DNA of 45,029 nucleotides from an uncultured Limnohabitans sp. (GCA_964431215.1 CAYSIY010000001.1:1-45029); one strand, 5' to 3'. Counted from the stretch's first letter, positions 36,445 through 44,428 are shown. Made by a program: numbers and translations. Notes: a model not told the origin generated them from the letters alone.

Positions 36445-36582
36445 ATGTCCAAGGCTCTGGTTTATCTGAATGCGCTGATCGCTCAGGGTTGGGAATACCC
36501 CGATGCCCACGCCAAAGCGGCAACTACCTTTGCTGTTGACTCGGTTGAGCTGCAGCACCTGTACGACCAGCAGCACGCGTAA
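36445..36582 (+). CDS. Small hypothetical protein (45 aa)
   Basis: AGGA RBS, first gene after a near-consensus promoter; MSKALVYLNALIAQGWEYPDAH... Confidence 0.65.
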   Translation: MSKALVYLNALIAQGWEYPDAHAKAATTFAVDSVELQHLYDQQHA

Positions 36583-36603
36583 TGCATTCGGGCTGATGCC
36601 CAG

Positions 36604-36624
36604 ACCGTGCCGGCCGGTTGCCGG
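36604..36624 (+). repeat. CGGTT-loop hairpin element, copy 3
   Basis: ACCGTG-CCGGC-CGGTT-GCCGG, 33 nt before ATG 36658. Confidence 0.78.
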
Positions 36625-36657
36625 TTGGCCCAAAGAGGCCGATTCAAGGAGAAAACC

Positions 36658-38580
36658 ATGTCTAGAACCAAAGCCCCTGCTGCGGATGTCCGCAAGCTGT
36701 CCGCTACCCGTCAGGAGCCACTGTCAGTGCTTGTCCTAAATGAGGACGATAACGCACGGAGCCCAGACTCCGTCTCCAAGGAGGGTATCGAGTCGATGGC
36801 TTCCATGCTCATGAGCGTAGGGCAGCTCAACCCGATCATTGTCAGCAAAAGGCCCGATGGTAATTTGACCGTGCATGCAGGCGGAAGGCGCCTGCGAGCC
36901 TTTTGGCTGCTGCAGCAGCAAGGCAAGATCCCTGCAGATCATCCAGTGGATGTGCGCGAGATCGATGTCAGTGCCGGGATCGATGTTAGCTTGATTGAGA
37001 ACATTTCTCAGGAGCCGATGCACCCGGTTGACGAGTTCCGCGCTTACAAAATGTTGGCTGAAAAGGGATACACGGCAGAAGCTGTTGCCAAAGCGTTCGG
37101 CCAGAAGGTTCTGCATGTCAAGCGTCGAATGAAACTCGCCGATGTCCATCCGCAGTTGCTTGAGCAGTATCGCGCCGGTGAGATTCAGCTTGAGCAAATC
37201 ATGGCACTTGCTAGCACGGACGACCAGGAGCGTCAGCTCCTGGTCTGGAACGCCCTGCCGACTTGGCACCGCGCGAACGACCAGCTTATCCGCCGCGCCA
37301 TTGCCGAGGAAGAGGTTTCGGTGGATGACCCTCGCGTAACCCTGGTGGGACTGGAAAATTATCTGGATGCTGGTGGTCAGGTGCGCGTAGATCTGTTCTC
37401 GGAAAAAGGGAAGGACGAGAAGCTCGCGGATGTGGGCTTACTGCACATGCTTGTAGCCGAGCGTCTTGAGGCGAAGGCCGAGCAGCTTCGAAGCGAAGGC
37501 TGGTCGTGGGTTGAGGTGCTGCATTCCTTTGGATCTGCTGAGCAGCAGCTCTACAAGGTCTACCCGCCCGTTTACCTGCCTGAAACTCCCGAGCAGACCG
37601 CGCAGCGGGAGGCACTCGAAGGCCAGATCGACAAGAAGCAGGACGAGCTCGAAACTTTGTACTCAAAGGAGGAAGCAGATGAGGGCGATGAAGCTGACCA
37701 GGGAAGGCTGGAAGCGGAAATCGAGGCCATTGAGGTCCAGATCGATGCGCTGGAACAGTCCCGTCTTGACCTGCGGAACATTGACATGACGATTGCCGGT
37801 GCGGTGGTCTCGCTAGACAACGGTCAGATCGTTGTTCGCAAGCCGATGCTAAGGGCGCAGGACGCCAAAAGGCTGAGCGAACTCGGCAAGGGCGAGAGAT
37901 CCTCTGCTTCCCTGAGCGCAAGTCCCAAATCCGAAACAGAGCAGCAAGCCGAAGGCATGTCCGACCGGTTGATCATGAACTTGACTGCTCAGCGCACCGC
38001 CGCTGTTCAAGCATGCCTGGTTCAAAAGCAAAATGTGGCACTGGCCGCGCTCGCAGCGCACATGGCTGCAAGGGAGTTTGACGCCTACACCTTCGGTGGT
38101 CCGATCAAAATCAGTCTGTTCAATCAGACGCATGCTCTGTGCAATGCATCGCCGACAATGGCTGATTCGCCCGCTCAACAAACGCTCAATGCGGAGCGCG
38201 AGGCGTTGTTGGCACTGCTTCCCGAAAATTCAAGCGACTACCTCTCGTTTTTCATGGGTCAGGATCTCGATGTGTCTTTGCGCGTGATCGCTTTCTGCAC
38301 AGCCTTGACCGTCGATGGTGTGCGAGGCAAGAACGCCACGCAAGATGATCTCGCGCCCTTGGCTGAAGCGGTCGCTCTGGATATGCGCTCCTGGTGGGCT
38401 CCGACCTCGGAAAACTACCTGGCGCTGGTCCCGAAAGCTCAAATGATTGAGGCAGTCACCGATGCCCTTGGCGGGCCTTTAGCAACGCCCGATTGGGACA
38501 AACTCAAAAAAGCCGAGGTGCTCGACCGTGCTGTCGATGCACTCAAGGGTACCGGCTGGTTGCCGCCCATTCTTCGCTGA
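36658..38580 (+). CDS. Long ParB/Spo0J-like protein of plasmid leading regions
   Basis: AAGGAG RBS; VHAGGRRLRA, SLIENISQEPMHPVDEF, YLDAGG..RVDLF, EGWSWVE, WWAPTSENY, GTGWLP. Confidence 0.88.
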   Translation: MSRTKAPAADVRKLSATRQEPLSVLVLNEDDNARSPDSVSKEGIESMASMLMSVGQLNPIIVSKRPDGNLTVHAGGRRLRAFWLLQQQGKIPADHPVDVREIDVSAGIDVSLIENISQEPMHPVDEFRAYKMLAEKGYTAEAVAKAFGQKVLHVKRRMKLADVHPQLLEQYRAGEIQLEQIMALASTDDQERQLLVWNALPTWHRANDQLIRRAIAEEEVSVDDPRVTLVGLENYLDAGGQVRVDLFSEKGKDEKLADVGLLHMLVAERLEAKAEQLRSEGWSWVEVLHSFGSAEQQLYKVYPPVYLPETPEQTAQREALEGQIDKKQDELETLYSKEEADEGDEADQGRLEAEIEAIEVQIDALEQSRLDLRNIDMTIAGAVVSLDNGQIVVRKPMLRAQDAKRLSELGKGERSSASLSASPKSETEQQAEGMSDRLIMNLTAQRTAAVQACLVQKQNVALAALAAHMAAREFDAYTFGGPIKISLFNQTHALCNASPTMADSPAQQTLNAEREALLALLPENSSDYLSFFMGQDLDVSLRVIAFCTALTVDGVRGKNATQDDLAPLAEAVALDMRSWWAPTSENYLALVPKAQMIEAVTDALGGPLATPDWDKLKKAEVLDRAVDALKGTGWLPPILR

Positions 38581-38610
38581 TCGCTTTCTCCTGCGGCGCT
38601 TTGCGTCTTT

Positions 38611-38645
38611 GCCCCGCCTGCGGTATCGCCCAGGCGGGGCTTTTT
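38611..38645 (+). terminator. Intrinsic terminator
   Basis: GCCCCGCCTG-N10-CAGGCGGGGC-TTTTT. Confidence 0.75.
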
Positions 38646-38799
38646 GCTGCTCGTCTTGCTCTGGGTTCGTCTGGGTGCGCTGCTGCAGCTCTCCGCGTTC
38701 GCCCCAGTGGCTCGTGTAATCCGCTTCGCTTCTTCACTCGCAGAACATGCTGCGCCGCTTACGCTGGCGCGGGCGGGGTTGAATCCGGGGTTCGCGGGG

Positions 38800-39089
38800 A
38801 AAGAGCGCACGCCCGAATCTTCCCCCGGCTCTGGCCAATGGTCGGCGCGTCGGGCATTCATGCCCGTCACCTGCGCTAAAGCGCGTCACGCCCGTCTCTG
38901 TCGCCCGGCTGCGATGGCAGAGCCATCTTTTCACAGCCGGTCCCAGTGCCGGTGCGTGTCAGGTGCGCCTGCCAGAGCGCCACGGCATAAAGCCGCTCGT
39001 GTCGTCCCTTCGTGACCCACTCGCTTTTTATACGTGGCGCTCTGGCCCCATTGACCATTTCCGGGGGCTGCTTCGGGCGTGCGCTCTTT
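38800..39089. other. Long nested inverted-repeat structure upstream of the methyltransferase (ssDNA promoter/ssi candidate)
   Basis: 18-bp perfect IR at 38800-38817/39072-39089; inner 14-bp perfect IR at 38971-38984/39033-39046. Confidence 0.6.
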
Positions 39090-39165
39090 TCATGGTGTTG
39101 GCGTGGGGCGCATGGCGGTTCAGCCTCTCAAAGGGCGCCGCCGCTGACGCAATCGGAGAGCTTTC

Positions 39166-39870
39166 ATGCACTTTAACCGAATCATTCAGGGCGACTGTTG
39201 CCAGGTCATGCCCACCTTGCCCCCGGCCTGCGCCGACTTCATCCTCACAGACCCGCCCTACCTGGTCGGCTACAAGGACCGGGAGGGCCGCAGCATCAAA
39301 AACGACATTGAGGCCGATTGGCTGGCTCCCGCGTTCCGCGAGGCCTTCCGCGTCCTCAAGCCTGACAGCCTGGCCGTGAGTTTTTACGGCTGGAGCAAAA
39401 CGGACCTTTTCTATGCCGCATGGAAAGCCGCTGGCTTTCGCGTGGTCGGGCACATCACTTTCCCCAAGCGATATGCCTCCACCACTCGCCTGATGCGCTA
39501 CAGCCACGAAAACGCCTATTTGCTGGCCAAGGGCAACCCCCAGGCGCCAGCCCATCCCATCGGCGATGTGATCGACTGGACTTATTCGGGCAACAAGTTG
39601 CACCCGACACAAAAGCCCTTGAGCGTGCTAACGCCGCTCATTGAGGCTTTTTGTCCGCGCGGCGGCCTGGTGCTTGACCCCTTCGCCGGCTCGGGGTCCA
39701 CGCTGGTGGCCGCACGCTCAATTGGCCGCCTGTATTTGGGCATTGAGCTTGACCCCCAGTTTCATGCAGTCGCTTCGCGCCGCATGCAGGGCTACACATC
39801 GCGCCTTGCTCAATACGTAGACCGTGAGCGCGCAGCAGCCAACGCGACGGACATGGAGGCAGCAGCATGA
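39166..39870 (+). CDS. Orphan DNA methyltransferase (N6-adenine/N4-cytosine family, beta class)
   Basis: ILTDPPY catalytic motif precedes HPTQKP and VLDPFAGSGST (SAM binding); no restriction enzyme nearby. Confidence 0.93.
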   Translation: MHFNRIIQGDCCQVMPTLPPACADFILTDPPYLVGYKDREGRSIKNDIEADWLAPAFREAFRVLKPDSLAVSFYGWSKTDLFYAAWKAAGFRVVGHITFPKRYASTTRLMRYSHENAYLLAKGNPQAPAHPIGDVIDWTYSGNKLHPTQKPLSVLTPLIEAFCPRGGLVLDPFAGSGSTLVAARSIGRLYLGIELDPQFHAVASRRMQGYTSRLAQYVDRERAAANATDMEAAA

Positions 39871-40157
39871 ACGCGGCCATGAACATAAATGCCGGCCTTG
39901 CGGCCGCCGATGACGTGGCCGAAAAAATCGCCCATATGCAGGACTTCCTGCGCGGCTATGGCCGCCCTGATGGTGAGCGCCTATTGCCACTGATCACTTT
40001 CGATGACTGGCCGGGCCAGGCCCGGCGCGTGCTCGCTTCGCGTTGCACTCGCATTCTTGAAAACCTCGACGACGAGACGCTGCACATGATTTGCGATGGC
40101 CGCATCGTGATGGCCGACGCTGTGGCGGGTGTTGCTATTGAGCTGGGGGCGCTATGA
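39867..40157 (+). CDS. Hypothetical protein
   Basis: 96 aa, ATGA coupling with the MTase, GGAGG RBS. Confidence 0.7.
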   Translation: MNAAMNINAGLAAADDVAEKIAHMQDFLRGYGRPDGERLLPLITFDDWPGQARRVLASRCTRILENLDDETLHMICDGRIVMADAVAGVAIELGAL

Positions 40158-40543
40158 CTTACGACGTTACCGTTTCTGAGGACAAAATCACTTTGGACTT
40201 GGCCCTGGAGTCCGTTACTGTGGTGAGCGGGGGCGTGTCGTACCCGCTCAAGAAACTGTCCATGCCTTTGAGCTTCGCCCGCAAGGCGGCAAATCTCAGC
40301 GAGCTGGGCGGCGGTTTGCCGGAGTGGGTGTATGTTTTTGCCCGCGTAGACCTTGACCCTATGGGGTTCGATGCTTTCGCTCGCAATCTTTGCCGTGACG
40401 CCGACTGGCTTGAAGGCATGTTCTTTGCGCTGCCCATCGCTGACGCTCGGGCATGCGTCATGGTGGTGTCCCCAGGCCGCCCTGTCTTGTTCGTGGACAC
40501 CCAGGGCTCATCGTATGCCCGATACGTTGCGAGGCTGGGATGA
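40154..40543 (+). CDS. Hypothetical protein
   Basis: 129 aa, ATGA coupling; FARK...FVDTQGSSYARYV resembles leading-region hypotheticals. Confidence 0.7.
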   Translation: MTYDVTVSEDKITLDLALESVTVVSGGVSYPLKKLSMPLSFARKAANLSELGGGLPEWVYVFARVDLDPMGFDAFARNLCRDADWLEGMFFALPIADARACVMVVSPGRPVLFVDTQGSSYARYVARLG

Positions 40544-40812
40544 CTGGCGGCCACGTTGACGATGAGGGCTTTGCCCCATTCGACCCGGTGGACTTTTGGC
40601 TTTTTGAGCGCATGGTCCCCGGCCCTGAAACCCATCTTGACGCGCAGGAGCTGGCGTTGCTTTCTGAGCTGGCTCGCTTGACGCTTCGCATCGAGACGCT
40701 TGAGACGCGCTCACGCGATTGTCTGGACTTCCATGAGGTAGCGGTCTGGTGCTTGAAGGAGGCTTTGGCTCGCGCCTACCTGGCCGGAACGCGCAGGCAC
40801 CCAGCCTCATGA
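40540..40812 (+). CDS. DUF6900-like small protein
   Basis: LRIETLETRSRDCLDFHEVAVWCLKEALARAYLAG; ATGA coupling. Confidence 0.7.
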   Translation: MTGGHVDDEGFAPFDPVDFWLFERMVPGPETHLDAQELALLSELARLTLRIETLETRSRDCLDFHEVAVWCLKEALARAYLAGTRRHPAS

Positions 40813-41726
40813 GCTTCAGCCCCGGGGTTTCCCCTGGGGCTGGCGGTCGCGTTGTCGCGTGCTTCGCAGATGATGGTGCCCGGCCTTTGCTTTGCATAGA
40901 CCGGGCCGCCGCGCTGTTTGTCGCGGCGCGCTTCGAGTGGCTGTTTGGATGCTTTGACCCTTTGCCTTCGGAAGGCCCGTGGTTGGCGTTTCGGCTCGTC
41001 CTTCGCTTGCGCTTGAACATCGCCGTGGGCCGCCCGGTGTTGCGGTCGGCTTTGGCTTGCGGCGCCTAGGGCGCCGTGTGATGGCGCCGCGCTGCTTGCT
41101 GTGCAGCATCGCGGCTAGCGGGGCTGTCCTTCTTTCTCTTTATTTTTCGCTCTACTGGGTCCGTTCGGCTTTGTTCGTGCGGCCTTCTCAACATTGGTTT
41201 CCGCTTTTTTTTTCTTGGGTGGGATTTTGTTTGTATGCCGGTTTCTGTCAATTTGTGAGAAAATTCGCCTAGGGGACTCAATCCTAGGTGGCGGTTTCCC
41301 GTCGCTGGCAACGCCGATTACTCGAAAGGGTGGTTGGCGTTTTGCTTTTGTGTTTCTGCTTTTTTTTGCGCTTGGTGCTGCGCGGGTGTTTTCTTTCTCG
41401 GTTGACGCTTGATATTCGTGTCTCTTGCGCCGAGTTTTCCTGTGTCGGTTTTTTTTGATTTGTTGGTTTGTTTGTCCCTGTCTGGTGGCTTTGGTTGTGC
41501 GGGTACAGGGCGACCCCTGCGGGCCGGGCTGCTTCAGGTTCGCGCATACGCGCTCATCCCCTAAAGGGGACGGCTTTGCCGCCTTGCGCATCTTCCCTCC
41601 CTTCGGTCGGCCTGTCGCCTTCGCTCGCCTAGGGCTCGCTGCGCGCTGGCGCTTGCACGCTTGGCCTAGGGCTTTCGCTGTTTCGGCTCGCCTTCGGCAT
41701 CGTGCTTGATGGGTTAGTGGGGGTGG

Positions 41727-41857
41727 GCTTGCTGTACTTCCCAGCGTACCGGCCCATTCTCGAAGTCAAGGGCTGCGCACCTGAAGGTGCTTGCGGCCTG
41801 GGGCCGTGCTCCGCACCCTTGACTTCTGCGCTGTGGGCCGGTCCATGGGAAGCAGGC
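41727..41857. promoter_or_regulatory. Fold-back Frpo-like single-stranded promoter candidate upstream of radC
   Basis: GAAGTCAAGGG/CCCTTGACTTC 11-bp IR plus outer ACCGGCCCA/TGGGCCGGT and TTCCCA/TGGGAA arms. Confidence 0.6.
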
Positions 41858-41885
41858 AATCCCGCCGTCTTACCTGGAGCATTCC

Positions 41886-42383
41886 ATGCAACACTCAGTC
41901 ACTCCGCTTTTCGTCCAAGACGCTCTCGGCCAGTACATTCCGGCGAGCGAAGATTTCGTGATCTCCCAGGCACTGGACATTGCGGACAAGCGCATGCGCA
42001 ACACTAACGATGTGTTCCACTCCCCTCAGGCTGTCAAAGCCTTTTTGAGCCTCAAACTCGGTCAACTGCCCTACGAGGTGTTTGCAGTGGTCTTCCTGGA
42101 CACCCAAAATCGCCTGCTGGCCTACGAAGAATTCTTTCGCGGCACCCTATCGCAAACCAGCGTCTACCCGCGCGAGATCGTCAAGCGCGCTTTGCAGCTG
42201 AATGCAGCTGCATGCATCCTGACGCATAACCATCCCTCGGCGTCTCTTCAGCCGTCACGCGCAGACGAAGCGCTCACGCAGAACCTGAAATCGGCACTGG
42301 CGCTGGTTGATACGCGCGTCCTGGATCACATCATCATCGGCGGAGGGCGCTCGATTTCCATGGCCGAACAGGGTCTTCTGTGA
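41886..42383 (+). CDS. radC: RadC-family JAB domain protein
   Basis: [37 protein letters not shown]...[13 protein letters not shown]. Confidence 0.93.
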   Translation: MQHSVTPLFVQDALGQYIPASEDFVISQALDIADKRMRNTNDVFHSPQAVKAFLSLKLGQLPYEVFAVVFLDTQNRLLAYEEFFRGTLSQTSVYPREIVKRALQLNAAACILTHNHPSASLQPSRADEALTQNLKSALALVDTRVLDHIIIGGGRSISMAEQGLL

Positions 42384-42411
42384 CGCCAGGAGGGGCGCGC
42401 TTGCGCCCTGC

Positions 42412-42432
42412 GCGGCCTTGGGCCGCTTTTTT
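42412..42432 (+). terminator. Intrinsic terminator after radC
   Basis: GCGGCC-TTG-GGCCGC-TTTTTT. Confidence 0.6.
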
Positions 42433-42679
42433 CCTTGCCAATGGCAAGGATTGCAATGCATGTTGCTACGCAAAGGGTTGCTCCGTGGGGAAGGCCTCGC
42501 CATCCCCAGCCGCGCTGCGCTTGGCGCCCCTGGGTGGGCTGAATTGCCCCGTGCTCACCGCACAGGGGCAACTCAGCTTCAGTCTCGCTGCGCATCGTGT
42601 TGGAGGTGGGTGATTGGGCTACTCGCGTGCGGCGCAGCTGTGGTGTGCTGGTGTCGTTGGGGCTGTCGCCGGGAGCTGT

Positions 42680-42803
42680 GGCTCAGCCTTTCAGGATCGC
42701 TCAGTCGTGCTCGCAGTCAAGGGGCCGTGTCCTCGCTTCGCTGCGGGCCGCACCTACCCCTTGACTGCTGCGCGCGCCAGTGCGATGCCTTGCAACTTGA
42801 GCC
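42680..42803. promoter_or_regulatory. Second fold-back Frpo-like hairpin
   Basis: GCAGTCAAGGGG/CCCCTTGACTGC 12-bp IR (42713-42724/42757-42768); outer ATCGC/GCGAT and GGCTCA/TGAGCC arms. Confidence 0.55.
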
Positions 42804-42870
42804 TTCGCTCCTCGTGCGGGCCGAAGGCCCGTGGGCTGCAGGCAGGGTAGGGCGGCAGGGCCGCCCTGGG

Positions 42871-43128
42871 CGCGGCAAAAGGCCGCGCTGGTTTGCTTTT
42901 CAGGGCGCGAATGAGTTTGCTGGGGTTTTTGAGGGAGGGCTCGCGGTAGGCCTGGTTGGGGTGTGAGCGGTCATTGTCACCATGGGGGCCACGGCCCCCA
43001 TACCCCCATGTCCCCGCATTAGGGTTTGTCCTAATAAAATAATGTTTGCGGGTGTTGCAATAGTGCGGAAACCGTATATAATAGAATCATGCCGTTAAAT
43101 GATGGCATCCGCGCCAGTCGGTTACTGG
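42871..43128 (+). repeat. ~260-bp upstream cassette, copy B (ends in CGGTT-loop element copy 4 at 43108-43128)
   Basis: Aligns with 36171-36430. Confidence 0.88.
43055..43082 (+). promoter_or_regulatory. Sigma70 promoter with GTGCGGA box
   Basis: TTGCAA-16 bp (TAGTGCGGAAACCGTA)-TATAAT. Confidence 0.78.
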
Positions 43129-43146
43129 ATCAATGGAGATAATGGC

Positions 43147-43590
43147 ATGGCACAGTCTGTTAATAAAGTTCTGATTATCGGTAACCTGGGCAAAGACCCG
43201 GAGTTGCGTTACACGCAAGGCGGCAAGCCTGTTTGCAATCTGTCCGTGGCCACGTCCAGCCGTGTCCGTGATAAGGCCGGGGAATGGATCGATGTAACTC
43301 AGTGGCATCGCGTGACGGTGCTGGGGGACTCTGCTGAATGGGTGGGCAAGAACTTGTCCAAGGGCCGGACAGTCTACCTGGAGGGCCAGCTGAAATATGG
43401 CCACTACACTAACAAGGACGGTGTGCGCATCCCGACCGTCGAAGTCGTGACTTTCGGCGTCGAGCCGTTTGGTCCCAAGCGTGGCGAAAGTAAGGGAGGT
43501 GGGGCTGACGAGTCTGCGCCCGCCCAGGATGATGCACCCCCGCAAGATCCCGGCCTGGCTGATTGGGTGGCGGACTACGATCGCGCTTGA
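43147..43590 (+). CDS. ssb: Single-stranded DNA-binding protein
   Basis: SVNKVLIIGNLGKDPELRYT, TQWHRV, LSKGRTVYLEGQL; GGAG RBS. Confidence 0.95.
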   Translation: MAQSVNKVLIIGNLGKDPELRYTQGGKPVCNLSVATSSRVRDKAGEWIDVTQWHRVTVLGDSAEWVGKNLSKGRTVYLEGQLKYGHYTNKDGVRIPTVEVVTFGVEPFGPKRGESKGGGADESAPAQDDAPPQDPGLADWVADYDRA

Positions 43591-43656
43591 TTACAGCTTG
43601 CAGCCCCGCGTGCGGGGTTGCGGAGTGTAATTTACACACCGACCCGGAGGTCAATC

Positions 43657-43923
43657 ATGCGCAAATACCAAGTCGAGAAGACCTTTACAGATTTCTGCGG
43701 AACCCTGCTGATGCCTACTATCGCACCCTCAATCTATGGCGGGAAAAAAGCGGTCGTGCATTTTGAAATCTTCGGCATCCAATTCTCGTTTTACCCGCTA
43801 GAGGGCGTTGCACGAAAGTTCGAGACACGTAAGGTCCACATCTTTAAGTCTGCCCGGGAGCTGTTCGACTTTGCCAAACGCCATGATGCGATGCGCCGCA
43901 GTGATCCGAATTTCCGTGAATAG
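43657..43923 (+). CDS. Hypothetical protein
   Basis: 88 aa, GGAGG RBS, between ssb and klcA. Confidence 0.7.
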   Translation: MRKYQVEKTFTDFCGTLLMPTIAPSIYGGKKAVVHFEIFGIQFSFYPLEGVARKFETRKVHIFKSARELFDFAKRHDAMRRSDPNFRE

Positions 43924-43955
43924 CAAGATTTGAAGGCCTGCCCAGGCTTTCAGTG

Positions 43956-43976
43956 CCCGCGCCAGTCGGTTACTGG
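43956..43976 (+). repeat. CGGTT-loop hairpin element, copy 5
   Basis: CCCGCG-CCAGT-CGGTT-ACTGG, 17 nt before ATG 43994. Confidence 0.8.
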
Positions 43977-43993
43977 TTTCGTTAGGAGTTTTC

Positions 43994-44410
43994 ATGTCTT
44001 CAGTTGTCGTCTCTTGCGCCGTTGTCCCTGATGACGAGCGCCTGCAATTTCTGCCGGAGTTCTTCGGTCCCAGGCTTTTCATGCAGGGCGAATCCGCCGT
44101 TTATGACACCATGAAAGGCCTCAACCCTGAATATACGGGAGGCTATTGGGATTTCTTTACGCTCAACGGCACGCCCGCTTTTATGGCGCTTCGCGGCTCC
44201 GAGCAAGTCAAACTGACTTCGCCAAACGGCTTTGAAACAACACTTGCGCCTGACGCCGCAGGAATTGTCGTTTGCTTGTTCGTCCTCTCCGAAATGTCTT
44301 TCGAAGCTCTCGGTAGCGATCAGGATTTAATCTGTGAGCGCTTCCACGCTTTGCGCGACTACGCATCAGAACACGCTCAAGCTTCGAAAATTTTCGCATT
44401 GATCGATTGA
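43994..44410 (+). CDS. klcA: Antirestriction protein (KlcA/ArdB family)
   Basis: VPDDERLQFLPEFFG, YTGGYWDF, NGFETTLAPDAAGIVVCL, LRDYA.EH...IFALID. Confidence 0.9.
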   Translation: MSSVVVSCAVVPDDERLQFLPEFFGPRLFMQGESAVYDTMKGLNPEYTGGYWDFFTLNGTPAFMALRGSEQVKLTSPNGFETTLAPDAAGIVVCLFVLSEMSFEALGSDQDLICERFHALRDYASEHAQASKIFALID

Positions 44411-44428
44411 CTGGCCTGTTCACCCAGA

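Noticed and set aside
39166-39870. Complete restriction-modification system
   Set aside because: No endonuclease-like neighbour; orphan MTases are typical of leading regions.
41115-41591. K/R-rich 158-aa ORF
   Set aside because: Product of the T-rich plus-strand tract; low complexity and opposite to the regional gene orientation.
42307-42966. 219-aa ORF after radC, and ORFs at 38439-39379 and 44444-44893
   Set aside because: They run through terminators, hairpins and repeats, have atypical composition and lack a clear RBS.
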